From assembly GCA_035541195.1 (NCBI GenBank), contig DATKNU010000210.1, forward strand, positions 1-13,829: DNA of 13,829 nucleotides, written 5' to 3'. Position numbers and translations under genes: made by a program. This DNA is from a bacterium. GTDB lineage: Bacteria; Oederibacteriota; Muellerivitia; Muellerivitales; Muellerivitaceae. Positions 6,695-13,829 of this stretch are shown in pieces; position 1 is the stretch's first letter, and each line of letters opens with the position of its first letter. Below the pieces are notes generated by a model. The model worked only from the letters and a program-made list of their open reading frames with translations. It was not told where the DNA came from and did no database searches.

Positions 6695-7675
6695 TTAGTG
6701 AAGCAGGAACTGGGTCCCCAAGGCGTAGGTCGGATCCACCGTCTGCACCCCGATCAGATTGGTATAAACCGGCACTTGAACCTTGGCGTAAAGCACCGAA
6801 TCCCCCGACAGGTTCCAGGAAAAACCCGGCGACAGATCCAACACCGTCCCGCCGGTGTTGGGGGCCGTCACGACCGCGGTCTGGCTGTCATTTGCCTTGC
6901 TGTCGGCATCGGCATAACGGCCCTCCACGGCCAGCGAAATGGCCAAGTCATCCGCCAAGTGGTACTGGCCCGAAATGCCCCCCGTATAGGAAGTCCCGAA
7001 GGCGTAGTCCCAAACCGCGCTGGTGGAATCGCTGGTCAGCGCCTTCGTGTGGGCGACCACGTTGAAGTTGGCGCTCAAGGTGAAGTCATCCCAAACATGG
7101 TTGTAGAGCAATCCCCCGTAAAAACCGAAGGCCCCGGTCCCCAATTGGGAATGGGTGTCCAAGTTGTCCCCCGTGACGCCGGACTTAAAATCCGTCCCGC
7201 CCGTGGGCAGGTAGGCTCCCCCCGAAAGCGCCAGGGCCTGGTGTTCCTTGGTCTTGAAGTCCGTGTCCTGCCAAAAGAAATAACGGGCCCCGACCATCAC
7301 ATCCCCGATGCCGAAGGGCGTCCCGCTGTCGGCCAGGGTCCCGCCCGGCACCGCCGGGGCGTCGCCCGCCGAAAGGGTCCAATATTTTTCCACCAGGGGC
7401 AGCATGGCTGTCAGGGTCCAATCGCCGCTGGGGCTGTAATTCAAGGTGGCGTTGAAGTTCACCTGCCGCACCGCCTCGGTTTGGGTGACATCGTCATCGC
7501 TTTGGGCGCTGGCGGTCAGGTAGATGCTTTGAAAATCCAGCCGCACCGCGCCCGCCAAAGGATGGGCGCTGGCGGAAGATTGCAGGGGATCCCCGCAGCC
7601 GCAAACCGAACAGGCCCAAGCGGCCGGGACGGTTAAAAATAAAAAGAACGAGAACAGCCATGAAAATTTCGGCAT
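6695..7675 (-). CDS. Putative outer-membrane beta-barrel protein with N-terminal Cys cluster (CSVCGCG)
   Basis: 326 aa. The signal peptide MPKFSWLFSFFLFLTVPAAWA| has an A-x-A site. Then comes CSVCGCGDP, followed by a long Gly/Thr/Tyr/aromatic-rich sequence with alternating hydrophobic residues (GAYLPTGGTDFKSGVTGD..., AFGFYGGLLYNHVWDDFTLSANFNVVAHT...), typical of small OM barrels; it resembles the Phenol_MetA_deg-type 'transporter' family. The RBS GGAGA lies 5 nt before the ATG. The family assignment is from memory and was not verified. Confidence 0.65.
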   Translation of the reverse strand: MPKFSWLFSFFLFLTVPAAWACSVCGCGDPLQSSASAHPLAGAVRLDFQSIYLTASAQSDDDVTQTEAVRQVNFNATLNYSPSGDWTLTAMLPLVEKYWTLSAGDAPAVPGGTLADSGTPFGIGDVMVGARYFFWQDTDFKTKEHQALALSGGAYLPTGGTDFKSGVTGDNLDTHSQLGTGAFGFYGGLLYNHVWDDFTLSANFNVVAHTKALTSDSTSAVWDYAFGTSYTGGISGQYHLADDLAISLAVEGRYADADSKANDSQTAVVTAPNTGGTVLDLSPGFSWNLSGDSVLYAKVQVPVYTNLIGVQTVDPTYALGTQFLLH

Positions 7676-7740
7676 TTAAATCTCCTGTGATCGAAATGGG
7701 ACGGCAAGCGTCCGTCAAGCGGTTCGAGCCTTGGGAAGAT

Positions 7741-8106
7741 TTAAGCGCGGGGCGGCGGCGAGATGGGTTCGGCTTTGAAGGAGGGGGGCGCGGCGAACAA
7801 GCGGGCATCCAGGGAGAAAAGAATTCCGGGGCGTGAAAACCGGCTATGAGGGACCCATTTGGCCGTGGGCGCGGGGGCAAAGAAACCGCGGTTCACGGGG
7901 ACGCCATCGGCGGCATAAAGGCCGGCCAAGGGGGCTTGCCCGCAAAGCGAAGGTTGGCGGGACGAGACCGGCGCCAATCCGCAAAGACCCTGGATGGACA
8001 AGGATGCCTCCAAATCCACCTTTTGGACCGCCGGGGCCGGCGGCCAGCAGGGCTCCAGCGCCAACAAGAGGGCGGCGAATAGGACGAGGCAAAATCGCGG
8101 GGACAT
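7741..8106 (-). CDS. Hypothetical small exported protein (121 aa, 4 Cys, Pro/Ala-rich)
   Basis: The N-terminus MSPRFCLVLFAALLLALEPCWPPAP looks like a signal peptide. GC3 is high and consistent with coding. The start lies 9 nt after the stop of the upstream ATP-grasp gene and the stop lies 65 nt before the OM barrel gene, on the same strand. The RBS is weak, so translation may be coupled. Several GC-rich shadow ORFs overlap this region (7833-8186+, 7844-8092-, 7846-8082+, 7893-8141-), so the call is tentative. Confidence 0.45.
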   Translation of the reverse strand: MSPRFCLVLFAALLLALEPCWPPAPAVQKVDLEASLSIQGLCGLAPVSSRQPSLCGQAPLAGLYAADGVPVNRGFFAPAPTAKWVPHSRFSRPGILFSLDARLFAAPPSFKAEPISPPPRA

Positions 8107-8115
8107 GGGTTGAAG

Positions 8116-9081
8116 CTAGCGCACCCTTCGCGGGAATTCAACCCGGGCGGGTCTTTTCGGGGCCCGGGCCCTCCACTCCCGCTTGAATTCCAAGTGGTTC
8201 CCCGGATTTAAGGCCTTGCGCAAAAGCCACCGGGCGATTTGCGGGTTGGACAGGTGGAAGATTCCCGCCATGGGCGTGAAAGTGAATTCCCCGAAGAAAA
8301 TCCCCTTGGTTGTTTTATAAAGATCCACCCGCACGAACTCGAAAGGCTTGGAAAGGGCCTCGGCGATTTTCACCATCTCCCGGAACCCGGCCGGGCGCGC
8401 GGGGACCCGGTCCGGAAGATTCCCGTGGGTTTGGATATAAACCGGCGTGAAATCGGGAACCGTAAAGTGATATTCCCGAAGGTCCACGAAACGGCCCGCG
8501 TCGGCGGCCCCAAACCAGGCTTGGCCCCTGGTGCAGAAAAAGCGGTAGTCCGTCGGCGGAGCCTCTCCCCGGGGGGCCAAGCTCGGCTCCACCAGGATTT
8601 TCTTTTCCAAACCCCGGTACTGCCTTTCCCCGTTGGTGAAAAAATAGTCCCGGCGGGCGGCCCGATAGAGCCTTTTGATTTGCCCGGGCTTCACGCGGTC
8701 GAGCAAAACCCCGTTTCCCGAGCCGTGGGCCGTTTTAGCCACCCGGGTCTTGCCCAAGTGGGGGGCCAGGAATTTCTCAACCTGCCGGAGGGAAGTCCAG
8801 GGTTTCACGCGCAGGACCGCCAGGGTGGGCGACACCTGGACGCGGGGGCAGAGCGATTTGGCCACGGCCTTGGCCTTTTCCTTGTCCACGCACCGGCGCT
8901 CCAGGTCCGACCAGTCCCGGGCATTGAGCGAGAAAAAATAATCCGAAAGATCGGCCCCCGGATCCCCCGGAGGCAGGGGCGCACGGCCCCGGGCCCGGAT
9001 AAAAAGGGGCCTGCCGATCAACCGGCTGGCGAAGGGCCCATCGGGAAGCGCCCCGGCGGCGAGCCGCCGCCACTTCGCCAT
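8116..9081 (-). CDS. ATP-grasp fold protein, TupA-like (PF14305-type); start ambiguous (alternative ATG at 9204)
   Basis: The C-terminal motif FVRVDLYKTTKGIFFGEFTFTPMAGIFH matches the TupA-like ATP-grasp signature as I recall it (RVDxY...G.iyFGExTF.P..G). So do the N-proximal ...CVDKEKAKAVAKSL... and the Gly-rich KTAHGSGNGVLLDR. The track ORF runs on to 9225, but the stretch 9082-9223 is conspicuously AT-rich and non-coding-like, and it would overlap the divergent hydrolase start at 9224. I therefore prefer the ATG at 9079-9081(c), giving 321 aa. The ATG at 9202-9204(c) (MRKFIKK...) remains possible. Confidence 0.6.
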   Translation of the reverse strand: MAKWRRLAAGALPDGPFASRLIGRPLFIRARGRAPLPPGDPGADLSDYFFSLNARDWSDLERRCVDKEKAKAVAKSLCPRVQVSPTLAVLRVKPWTSLRQVEKFLAPHLGKTRVAKTAHGSGNGVLLDRVKPGQIKRLYRAARRDYFFTNGERQYRGLEKKILVEPSLAPRGEAPPTDYRFFCTRGQAWFGAADAGRFVDLREYHFTVPDFTPVYIQTHGNLPDRVPARPAGFREMVKIAEALSKPFEFVRVDLYKTTKGIFFGEFTFTPMAGIFHLSNPQIARWLLRKALNPGNHLEFKREWRARAPKRPARVEFPRRVR

Positions 9082-9223
9082 CAAATTTTCAAGGGCATTC
9101 GGCAAGGGTGTCCAATGGTTAACACGAAATGGCCCGGCCTTTGATCGGGCAAGGGCAGGTTGGATTTTATTCGGAAAAACGGTTTTTTTGATAAACTTTC
9201 TCATTCCTCGAACCGGGAGATCC

Positions 9224-10063
9224 ATGAAACGGACGCTGCTGACCCTCTTGCTTCCCGCCCTATTGGCTTACCTGACCATCGTGGCGGCCTTCGACCTCAA
9301 ACAAAAACAGATCATTTTCGTGCCCCAACCCCTGGACCACGTGACCACCCCGCTCAAATACCACCAACCCTATGAGGTGGTCCATTTCACCGCCGCCGAC
9401 GGCGTGACCCTGAACGGTTGGTGGGTCCACCACCCCGGCCCGCCGACCCACCCGGCCCTGGTCTATTGCCACGGCAACGCGGCCATGCTCTCGCTTTTGG
9501 CCAATGTCACCCACATTTTTTACCGTTATGGGTTCGACGCCCTGGTCTTTGATTATCGGAGCTATGGGGACAGCGAGAAGGCGCCCTTGAGCGAGGCCGC
9601 GGTGGACGCCGACGCCTTGGCGGCTTATCGTTGGGTGCAGGCTAAGGGATATCCGGAAAGCCGCATCTTCATCTGGGGCCATTCCCTGGGGTCCTCGGTG
9701 GCCGCCCAGCTTTCCACCCGCACCCATCCCGCGGGGCTTTTTTTGGAAGGCGCCTTCCCTTCCATCTATGACGTATCGCGGGCGCGCTTTCCCTGGCTCC
9801 TGGTTTTCCCCTTCATGATCCATGACCCCTTCCGGACCGAGGATTACGTCCAGGAACGGACCTGTCCCTTGCTTGAGATCCACGGTGAAAAAGACACCGT
9901 GATTCCCATAAAGCTCGGCGAGGAGGTTTACGCGCGGGCCGCCGAACCCAAGCAATGGATCCAGATCCCCCAGATCGACCACCTGGACTTCCCCAGCGTG
10001 TCGGAACAGTACCGCGAACCCATCATGGATTTTGTGGCGCGATGCCTGAAGAAAAGCCATTAA
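9224..10063 (+). CDS. Alpha/beta-fold serine hydrolase (ABHD13/Bem46-like) with N-terminal membrane anchor
   Basis: The protein starts MKRTLLTLLLPALLAYLTIVAAF (TM anchor). It carries the oxyanion motif VYCHGNAA, the nucleophile elbow GHSLGS, an acid residue in IHGEKDTVIP and a His in IDHLDF, which together form a catalytic triad. I place the start at ATG 9224 with GGGAGA 3 nt upstream; the track start at 9188 is a TTG. This is the only plus-strand gene in the window. Confidence 0.85.
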   Translation: MKRTLLTLLLPALLAYLTIVAAFDLKQKQIIFVPQPLDHVTTPLKYHQPYEVVHFTAADGVTLNGWWVHHPGPPTHPALVYCHGNAAMLSLLANVTHIFYRYGFDALVFDYRSYGDSEKAPLSEAAVDADALAAYRWVQAKGYPESRIFIWGHSLGSSVAAQLSTRTHPAGLFLEGAFPSIYDVSRARFPWLLVFPFMIHDPFRTEDYVQERTCPLLEIHGEKDTVIPIKLGEEVYARAAEPKQWIQIPQIDHLDFPSVSEQYREPIMDFVARCLKKSH

Positions 10064-10100
10064 CCACGATGGCCCGGGCATCGGGGTTGATTGACGTTTA

Positions 10101-10682
10101 TTAAATCAACGAAAGTTTGCGGCGCTTGGCGAGGTCCATCTTTTCCAAAAGCCCGATGATGTGCTCTTCGGTGAGGGAGTTCAGCGCGTAATCGGCCTTC
10201 CCCTCCATCGAGGGCGGCACCACGCAAAAGACGTCGGCTTTGCGGGCGGCCTCCACGCCTTCCGGCGAGACCTCAAAAGCGATGGCCTTGATGGCCTTGA
10301 TTCCCAGGGTTTCCATGACGTTGAAGTTGAGGTCCGGGTTGGGCTTCAGCGAGGGCAGTTCCTCGGCGCAGCGGATGCAGTCAAAATCCTCGGCCAGGTT
10401 GAGGCCGTGCAGTTTTTCGACCACCCGCTTCTGGGTGAAGTTGGAGGTCATGGCCAGGCGAACCTCGAATCCCCGGAGCATGCGGAAGGTTTCTTTCAGG
10501 CCCTCCAAGCTGGTATGGGCTTGTTTCTGGTCGGGCATGGCGTGGCGGGCCAATTCGGCCTCCCGCACCACCCAGTCGAAATCGAAGATGAAGACCTTGG
10601 TCAGCCAGTAGCTCTCGGGCACCGGGCCCCAAAAGTAACTGCGGGGGTTCTTGACGTCGGAAGGACCGAAGGAGACGGGCAA
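10101..10682 (-). CDS. HAD-superfamily hydrolase (subfamily IA-like phosphatase)
   Basis: Motif I is FIFDFDWVV (DxD), motif II is LAMTSNF (T/S), and motif III is KPNPD (the K-P-x-P pattern of HAD-IA). An acidic motif IV region lies near FEVSPEGVEAARKAD. The start is TTG at 10680-10682(c) with AAAGGAAAG 4 nt upstream, only 10 nt after the gatB TAA, which implies translational coupling. The DxD motif sits unusually far from the N-terminus (residue 33), so the true start is uncertain. Confidence 0.7.
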   Translation of the reverse strand: MPVSFGPSDVKNPRSYFWGPVPESYWLTKVFIFDFDWVVREAELARHAMPDQKQAHTSLEGLKETFRMLRGFEVRLAMTSNFTQKRVVEKLHGLNLAEDFDCIRCAEELPSLKPNPDLNFNVMETLGIKAIKAIAFEVSPEGVEAARKADVFCVVPPSMEGKADYALNSLTEEHIIGLLEKMDLAKRRKLSLI

Positions 10683-10692
10683 GGGCTTTCCT

Positions 10693-12150
10693 TTAGGCGT
10701 CCAGCTTCTTCTTGAGGGCCTCGTTGACCAATTTGGGGTTGGCCTTCCCCTGGCTGGCCTGCATGACCTTGCCCACCAGGAAGCCGATCACGCCCTGCTT
10801 GCCGCCCTTGTACTCGGCCACCACCGCGGGGTTTTCGGCCAGCACCTTGTCCACCGCCGCCTCGATGGCCTTGGGGTCCGAGACCTGGGCCATGCCCTTG
10901 GATTTGACCACCTCGGCGGGCGAGGCCCCGGTGTTGAAAAGTTCCAGGAAGACTTCCTTGGCCTGCTTGCTGTTGATGGCGCCGGCCTCCACCAGGTCGG
11001 CCAACTCCGCCAGCTTCTTTTGGTCGTACTTGAGGTCCTTGAGTTCCTTTTCCTGCTCCTTCATCTGGGCCGCCATGTCGCCCATCATCCAATTGGCGAA
11101 GGCTTTCGGGCTCTTGGCCAGCTTGGCCCCCACCTCGAACCAGTCGGCCATCTCCTGGGCGGCGGTCAAGACCCCCGCGTCATAGGCCGGCAGGCCGTAC
11201 TCGGCCATGAACCGCGCCTGCTTGGCGGCGGGAAGCTCGGGCAAGGATCGCCTCAGCTTCTCAACGTAATCCTTGTCCAGCACCAGCGGGACCAGGTCGG
11301 GCTCGGGAAAATAGCGGTAGTCATGGGCCTCTTCCTTGGAGCGCATGGACTTGGTCTTGTTCTCGGTCACGTCCCAAAGCCGGGATTCCTGCACGACCTT
11401 CTCGCCCTTGTCCAAGAGCGCGCTTTGGCGCTTGATCTCGTACTCGATGGCCTGCTTGGCGAACTTGAAGCTGTTCATGTTCTTGATCTCGGTGCGGGTG
11501 CCGAACTTCTGGCTTCCCACGGGCATCACCGACACGTTGGCGTCGCAGCGAAGCGACCCTTCCTCCATGTTGCAATCGGACACGCCGATATAGAGCAGGA
11601 TGTTGCGCAGGGCCGTCAGGTAGGCGTGGGCCTCCTCCGCGCTGCGGATGTCTGGCTCGGACACGATCTCCACCAAGGGGATGCCGCCGCGGTTGTAGTC
11701 CGCCAGCGAATAGTCGGAGGAGTCCAACCGTCCCGCCTTGCCGCCCTGGTGCACCAGCTTGCCCGCGTCCTCTTCCAGGTGCGCCCGCGTCACGCCGATG
11801 CGCTTGGTCCCCTCTTTGGTCACGATGTCCAAATAACCGCCGTAATTGAGGGGCTTGTCGTACTGGGAAATCTGGTAGGCCTTGGGCAGGTCGGGGTAAT
11901 AGTAGTTTTTGCGGTCCATCTTGGAATAGTCCGCGATCTTGCAGTTGAGGGCCAGGCCGATCTTGACCGCGTATTCCACGGCCCTTTCGTTCATGACCGG
12001 CAGCGTGCCGGGAAGCCCCAGGCACACGGGGCAAACCTGGGTGTTGGCCTCATTGCCGAAGACGGTGGAACAACCGCAGAAAAGCTTGGTGGCGGTCTTC
12101 AGTTCGCAGTGGACCTCAAGCCCAATCACCGGGGTGTAAAGGTTGGGCAT
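10693..12150 (-). CDS. gatB: Asp-tRNA(Asn)/Glu-tRNA(Gln) amidotransferase subunit B
   Basis: The protein MPNLYTPVIGLEVHCELKTATKLFCGC...NTQVCPVCLGLPGTLPVMNERAVEYAVKIGLALNC...DRKNYYYPDLPKAYQISQYD... is canonical GatB (485 aa), including the C-terminal YqeY-like tail. The ATG at 12148-12150(c) has GGAGG 6 nt upstream, inside the gatA 3' end. The gatA stop TGA lies 1 nt upstream. Confidence 0.95.
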   Translation of the reverse strand: MPNLYTPVIGLEVHCELKTATKLFCGCSTVFGNEANTQVCPVCLGLPGTLPVMNERAVEYAVKIGLALNCKIADYSKMDRKNYYYPDLPKAYQISQYDKPLNYGGYLDIVTKEGTKRIGVTRAHLEEDAGKLVHQGGKAGRLDSSDYSLADYNRGGIPLVEIVSEPDIRSAEEAHAYLTALRNILLYIGVSDCNMEEGSLRCDANVSVMPVGSQKFGTRTEIKNMNSFKFAKQAIEYEIKRQSALLDKGEKVVQESRLWDVTENKTKSMRSKEEAHDYRYFPEPDLVPLVLDKDYVEKLRRSLPELPAAKQARFMAEYGLPAYDAGVLTAAQEMADWFEVGAKLAKSPKAFANWMMGDMAAQMKEQEKELKDLKYDQKKLAELADLVEAGAINSKQAKEVFLELFNTGASPAEVVKSKGMAQVSDPKAIEAAVDKVLAENPAVVAEYKGGKQGVIGFLVGKVMQASQGKANPKLVNEALKKKLDA

Positions 12151-12151
12151 T

Positions 12152-13618
12152 TCAGGCCTCCTTCAGGGAAGGCTTCAACTGGTGCCACTGGGTGGCTTGC
12201 TCGTAAGCCCAGGCCGTCTTGAGCAAGGTGGATTCGTCGAAGGCCTTGCCGATGAGCTGGAGCCCAATGGGCAGGCCCGTTTTGGAAAGACCGCAGGGCA
12301 ACGAAAGGCCCGGGAGTCCCGTGATGTTGATGGACACCGTAAAGACGTCCTCCAAGTACATGGAAAGCGGGTCGCCGGTCTTTTCCCCGAACTTGAAGGC
12401 GGGGTTGGGCGCGGTGGGCGTGGCGATGACATCGACCTTCCCGAAGGCCTTGTCATAGTCCTGCTTGATGAGGCGGCGCACCTTGAGGGCCTTGAGGTAA
12501 TAAGCGTCGTAGTAGCCCGAGGACAGGGCGTAGGTGCCCAGCATGATGCGGCGTTTCACCTCGGGGCCGAAGCCGGCGGCCCGGGTTTTGGAATACATCT
12601 CCACGATGTTCTCGCCGGGAACCCTCAGGCCGTAGCGCACGCCGTCATAGCGGGCCAGGTTGGACGAAGCTTCCGAGGGCGCCAATAGGTAATAGGCCGC
12701 CAAGCCGTAAGGCGAGGTGGGCAGGGAGACCTCGTGGATCTCGGCGCCTTGTTTTTCCAGTTCCGTAATGGCCTTCTTGACCGCGTCGCCCACCTCCGGA
12801 TTCAGGCCCGAGGGGAAAAACTCCTTGGGGATCCCCACCTTGAGGCCCCGGATCCCCTTCTTCATTTCGGCGGCGTAATCCGGCACGGCCAGGGGGGCGG
12901 AAGTCGAGTCCTTCCGGTCATGGCCCGCGATGGCCGAGAGCATCAGGGCGCAATCCTCCACGTCTTTCGTGAAGGGGCCGATCTGGTCCAAGGACGAGGC
13001 GAAAGCGATCAAACCATAACGGGACACCCGGCCATAGGTGGGCTTCAGCCCCACCAAGCCGCAAAGGGCCGCCGGCTGGCGGATGGAACCGCCGGTGTCC
13101 GAACCCAGCGAGGCGAAGGCCTGGTCCGCGGAAACGCTGGTGGCCGAGCCCCCCGAGGATCCGCCGGGCACGCAGGAAAGGTTCCAGGGGTTTTTGGTCT
13201 TCTGGTAGGCCGAGGTTTCGGTGGAAGAACCCATGGCGAACTCGTCCATGTTGGTCTTGCCCACCGACACGGCCCCCGCCTGGTTCAGGCGCTCCACCAC
13301 GGTGGCGTCATAGGGCGGCTTGAAGGTTTCGAGCATCTTGGAACCGCAGGTCGTGCGCACGCCCTTGGTGCAAAGCAGGTCCTTGAGCGCGATGGGCACG
13401 CCCGTGAAGGGGGTGAGGTCTTTCCCCGCCGCCAGGCGCTTGTCGGCCTCGGCGGCCTGGGCCAGGGCCTGCTCGGGGGTTCTCGTGATGAAGGATTGGA
13501 CCTTGGGCTCGACCTTCTCTAAATGGGCCAAAACCGCCTTGGTCAGTTCAACCGAGGAAATTTTTTTCGCCTTCAGGTCCGCCGAGATTTCGTGGACGGT
13601 TTTTTGGTGCGGTTCCAT
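12152..13618 (-). CDS. gatA: Glutamyl-tRNA(Gln) amidotransferase subunit A
   Basis: The amidase signature [73 protein letters not shown] is near-identical to bacterial GatA. I place the start at ATG 13616-13618(c) ([11 protein letters not shown]...), which aligns with the B. subtilis GatA N-terminus MSLFDHKITEL as recalled from memory. The track ORF extends 14 codons upstream to a TTG. Confidence 0.93.
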   Translation of the reverse strand: MEPHQKTVHEISADLKAKKISSVELTKAVLAHLEKVEPKVQSFITRTPEQALAQAAEADKRLAAGKDLTPFTGVPIALKDLLCTKGVRTTCGSKMLETFKPPYDATVVERLNQAGAVSVGKTNMDEFAMGSSTETSAYQKTKNPWNLSCVPGGSSGGSATSVSADQAFASLGSDTGGSIRQPAALCGLVGLKPTYGRVSRYGLIAFASSLDQIGPFTKDVEDCALMLSAIAGHDRKDSTSAPLAVPDYAAEMKKGIRGLKVGIPKEFFPSGLNPEVGDAVKKAITELEKQGAEIHEVSLPTSPYGLAAYYLLAPSEASSNLARYDGVRYGLRVPGENIVEMYSKTRAAGFGPEVKRRIMLGTYALSSGYYDAYYLKALKVRRLIKQDYDKAFGKVDVIATPTAPNPAFKFGEKTGDPLSMYLEDVFTVSINITGLPGLSLPCGLSKTGLPIGLQLIGKAFDESTLLKTAWAYEQATQWHQLKPSLKEA

Positions 13619-13704
13619 AAATCCATTTTCCATCAAGAGTTTGAGGCCACATCGCTTCAAGAACCCCGATTAAGCTCGGGGCGCCAAAAATTTCCGGGGC
13701 TATA

Positions 13705-13829
13705 TCACATGATTTTAGGCACTTTAAAATGCCCGGCCTGGGTTTCGGGGCCGTTCGAAAGCACCTCTTTTTGGGACAGCGAGGGTTCGTTGACGTCCGG
13801 GCGAAAGACGTTCTTCATGTCCAGCGGAT
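13705..13829 (-). CDS. gatC: Asp-tRNA(Asn)/Glu-tRNA(Gln) amidotransferase subunit C (3' end; 5' part beyond the right window edge)
   Basis: Translating the minus strand by hand gives ...PLDMKNVFRPDVNEPSLSQKEVLSNGPETQAGHFKVPKIM*, which matches the conserved GatC C-terminus (...R.D...S....AL.NAP......F.VP.v.). The stop TGA is at 13705-13707(c). The fragment is too short to appear in the ORF track. The gatCAB order on one strand supports the call. Confidence 0.8.
   Translation of the reverse strand, partial: PLDMKNVFRPDVNEPSLSQKEVLSNGPETQAGHFKVPKIM

Noticed and set aside
6698-7636. 312-aa plus-strand ORF
   Set aside because: Antisense shadow of the OM beta-barrel gene. It is Gly/Arg/Pro-rich.
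7690-7725. tRNA-like T-arm motif GGTTCGAGCC in the 65-nt spacer upstream of the OM barrel gene
   Set aside because: There is no acceptor stem or anticodon arm. The spacer is too short for a tRNA, and the sequence only forms a small 5-bp hairpin (GGACG-GCAAG-CGTCC).
8239-9144. 301-aa plus-strand ORF
   Set aside because: Antisense to the ATP-grasp gene, which carries recognisable family motifs. It is Gly/Pro/Arg-rich.
9260-10081. 273-aa minus-strand ORF
   Set aside because: Antisense to the alpha/beta hydrolase, whose GHSLGS/HGN/D/H motifs make the plus frame unambiguous.
10651-12222. 523-aa plus-strand ORF (plus 10601-11092-, 11321-12034- and others)
   Set aside because: These are shadow or alternative frames of gatB. 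The gatB identification is certain, and these are GRPQ-rich.
12734-13522. 262-aa plus-strand ORF (and 12143-12688+)
   Set aside because: Antisense to gatA.
1-13829. CRISPR arrays, rRNA/tRNA genes, transposase genes
   Set aside because: I saw no regularly spaced direct repeats with spacers, no rRNA- or tRNA-like conserved structure, and no transposase-like ORF anywhere in the window.

Overview
This is a high-GC (about 63-65%) bacterial chromosomal segment. The organism is probably Gram-negative, because the window encodes a signal-peptide-bearing outer-membrane beta-barrel candidate and SPase-I-type exported proteins. Sixteen of the 17 genes I can support are on the minus strand. Read along the minus strand (right to left), the order is: gatC (3' end only), gatA, gatB and a translationally coupled HAD-family hydrolase; then one plus-strand alpha/beta hydrolase divergent from an ATP-grasp (TupA-like) gene; then a small Cys-containing exported protein and an outer-membrane beta-barrel protein with an N-terminal CSVCGCG motif, followed by a strong terminator; then an SPFH/band-7 protein and terminator; then an MFS (Tet-like) transporter, a GlsB/YeaQ/YmgE membrane protein and an M48 metallopeptidase; then the glycerol kinase glpK, an exported hypothetical protein, and the 5' part of an aldo/keto reductase running off the left edge. 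The most unusual region is a roughly 450-bp AT-rich island (about 40% GC) at 2440-2933, between the M48 peptidase stop and the glpK start. It carries a stand-alone 110-aa HNH nuclease gene. The gene is bracketed by perfectly inverted 15-bp sequences, each built from tandem copies of the octamer CACCAAGA (two on the left, three on the right). This looks like a small horizontally acquired HNH cassette, or selfish element, inserted into the glpK promoter/5' leader. Nearly all plus-strand ORFs in the track are antisense shadows typical of high-GC DNA. Several genes appear to start at TTG with good Shine-Dalgarno spacing. No rRNA, tRNA or CRISPR was found.
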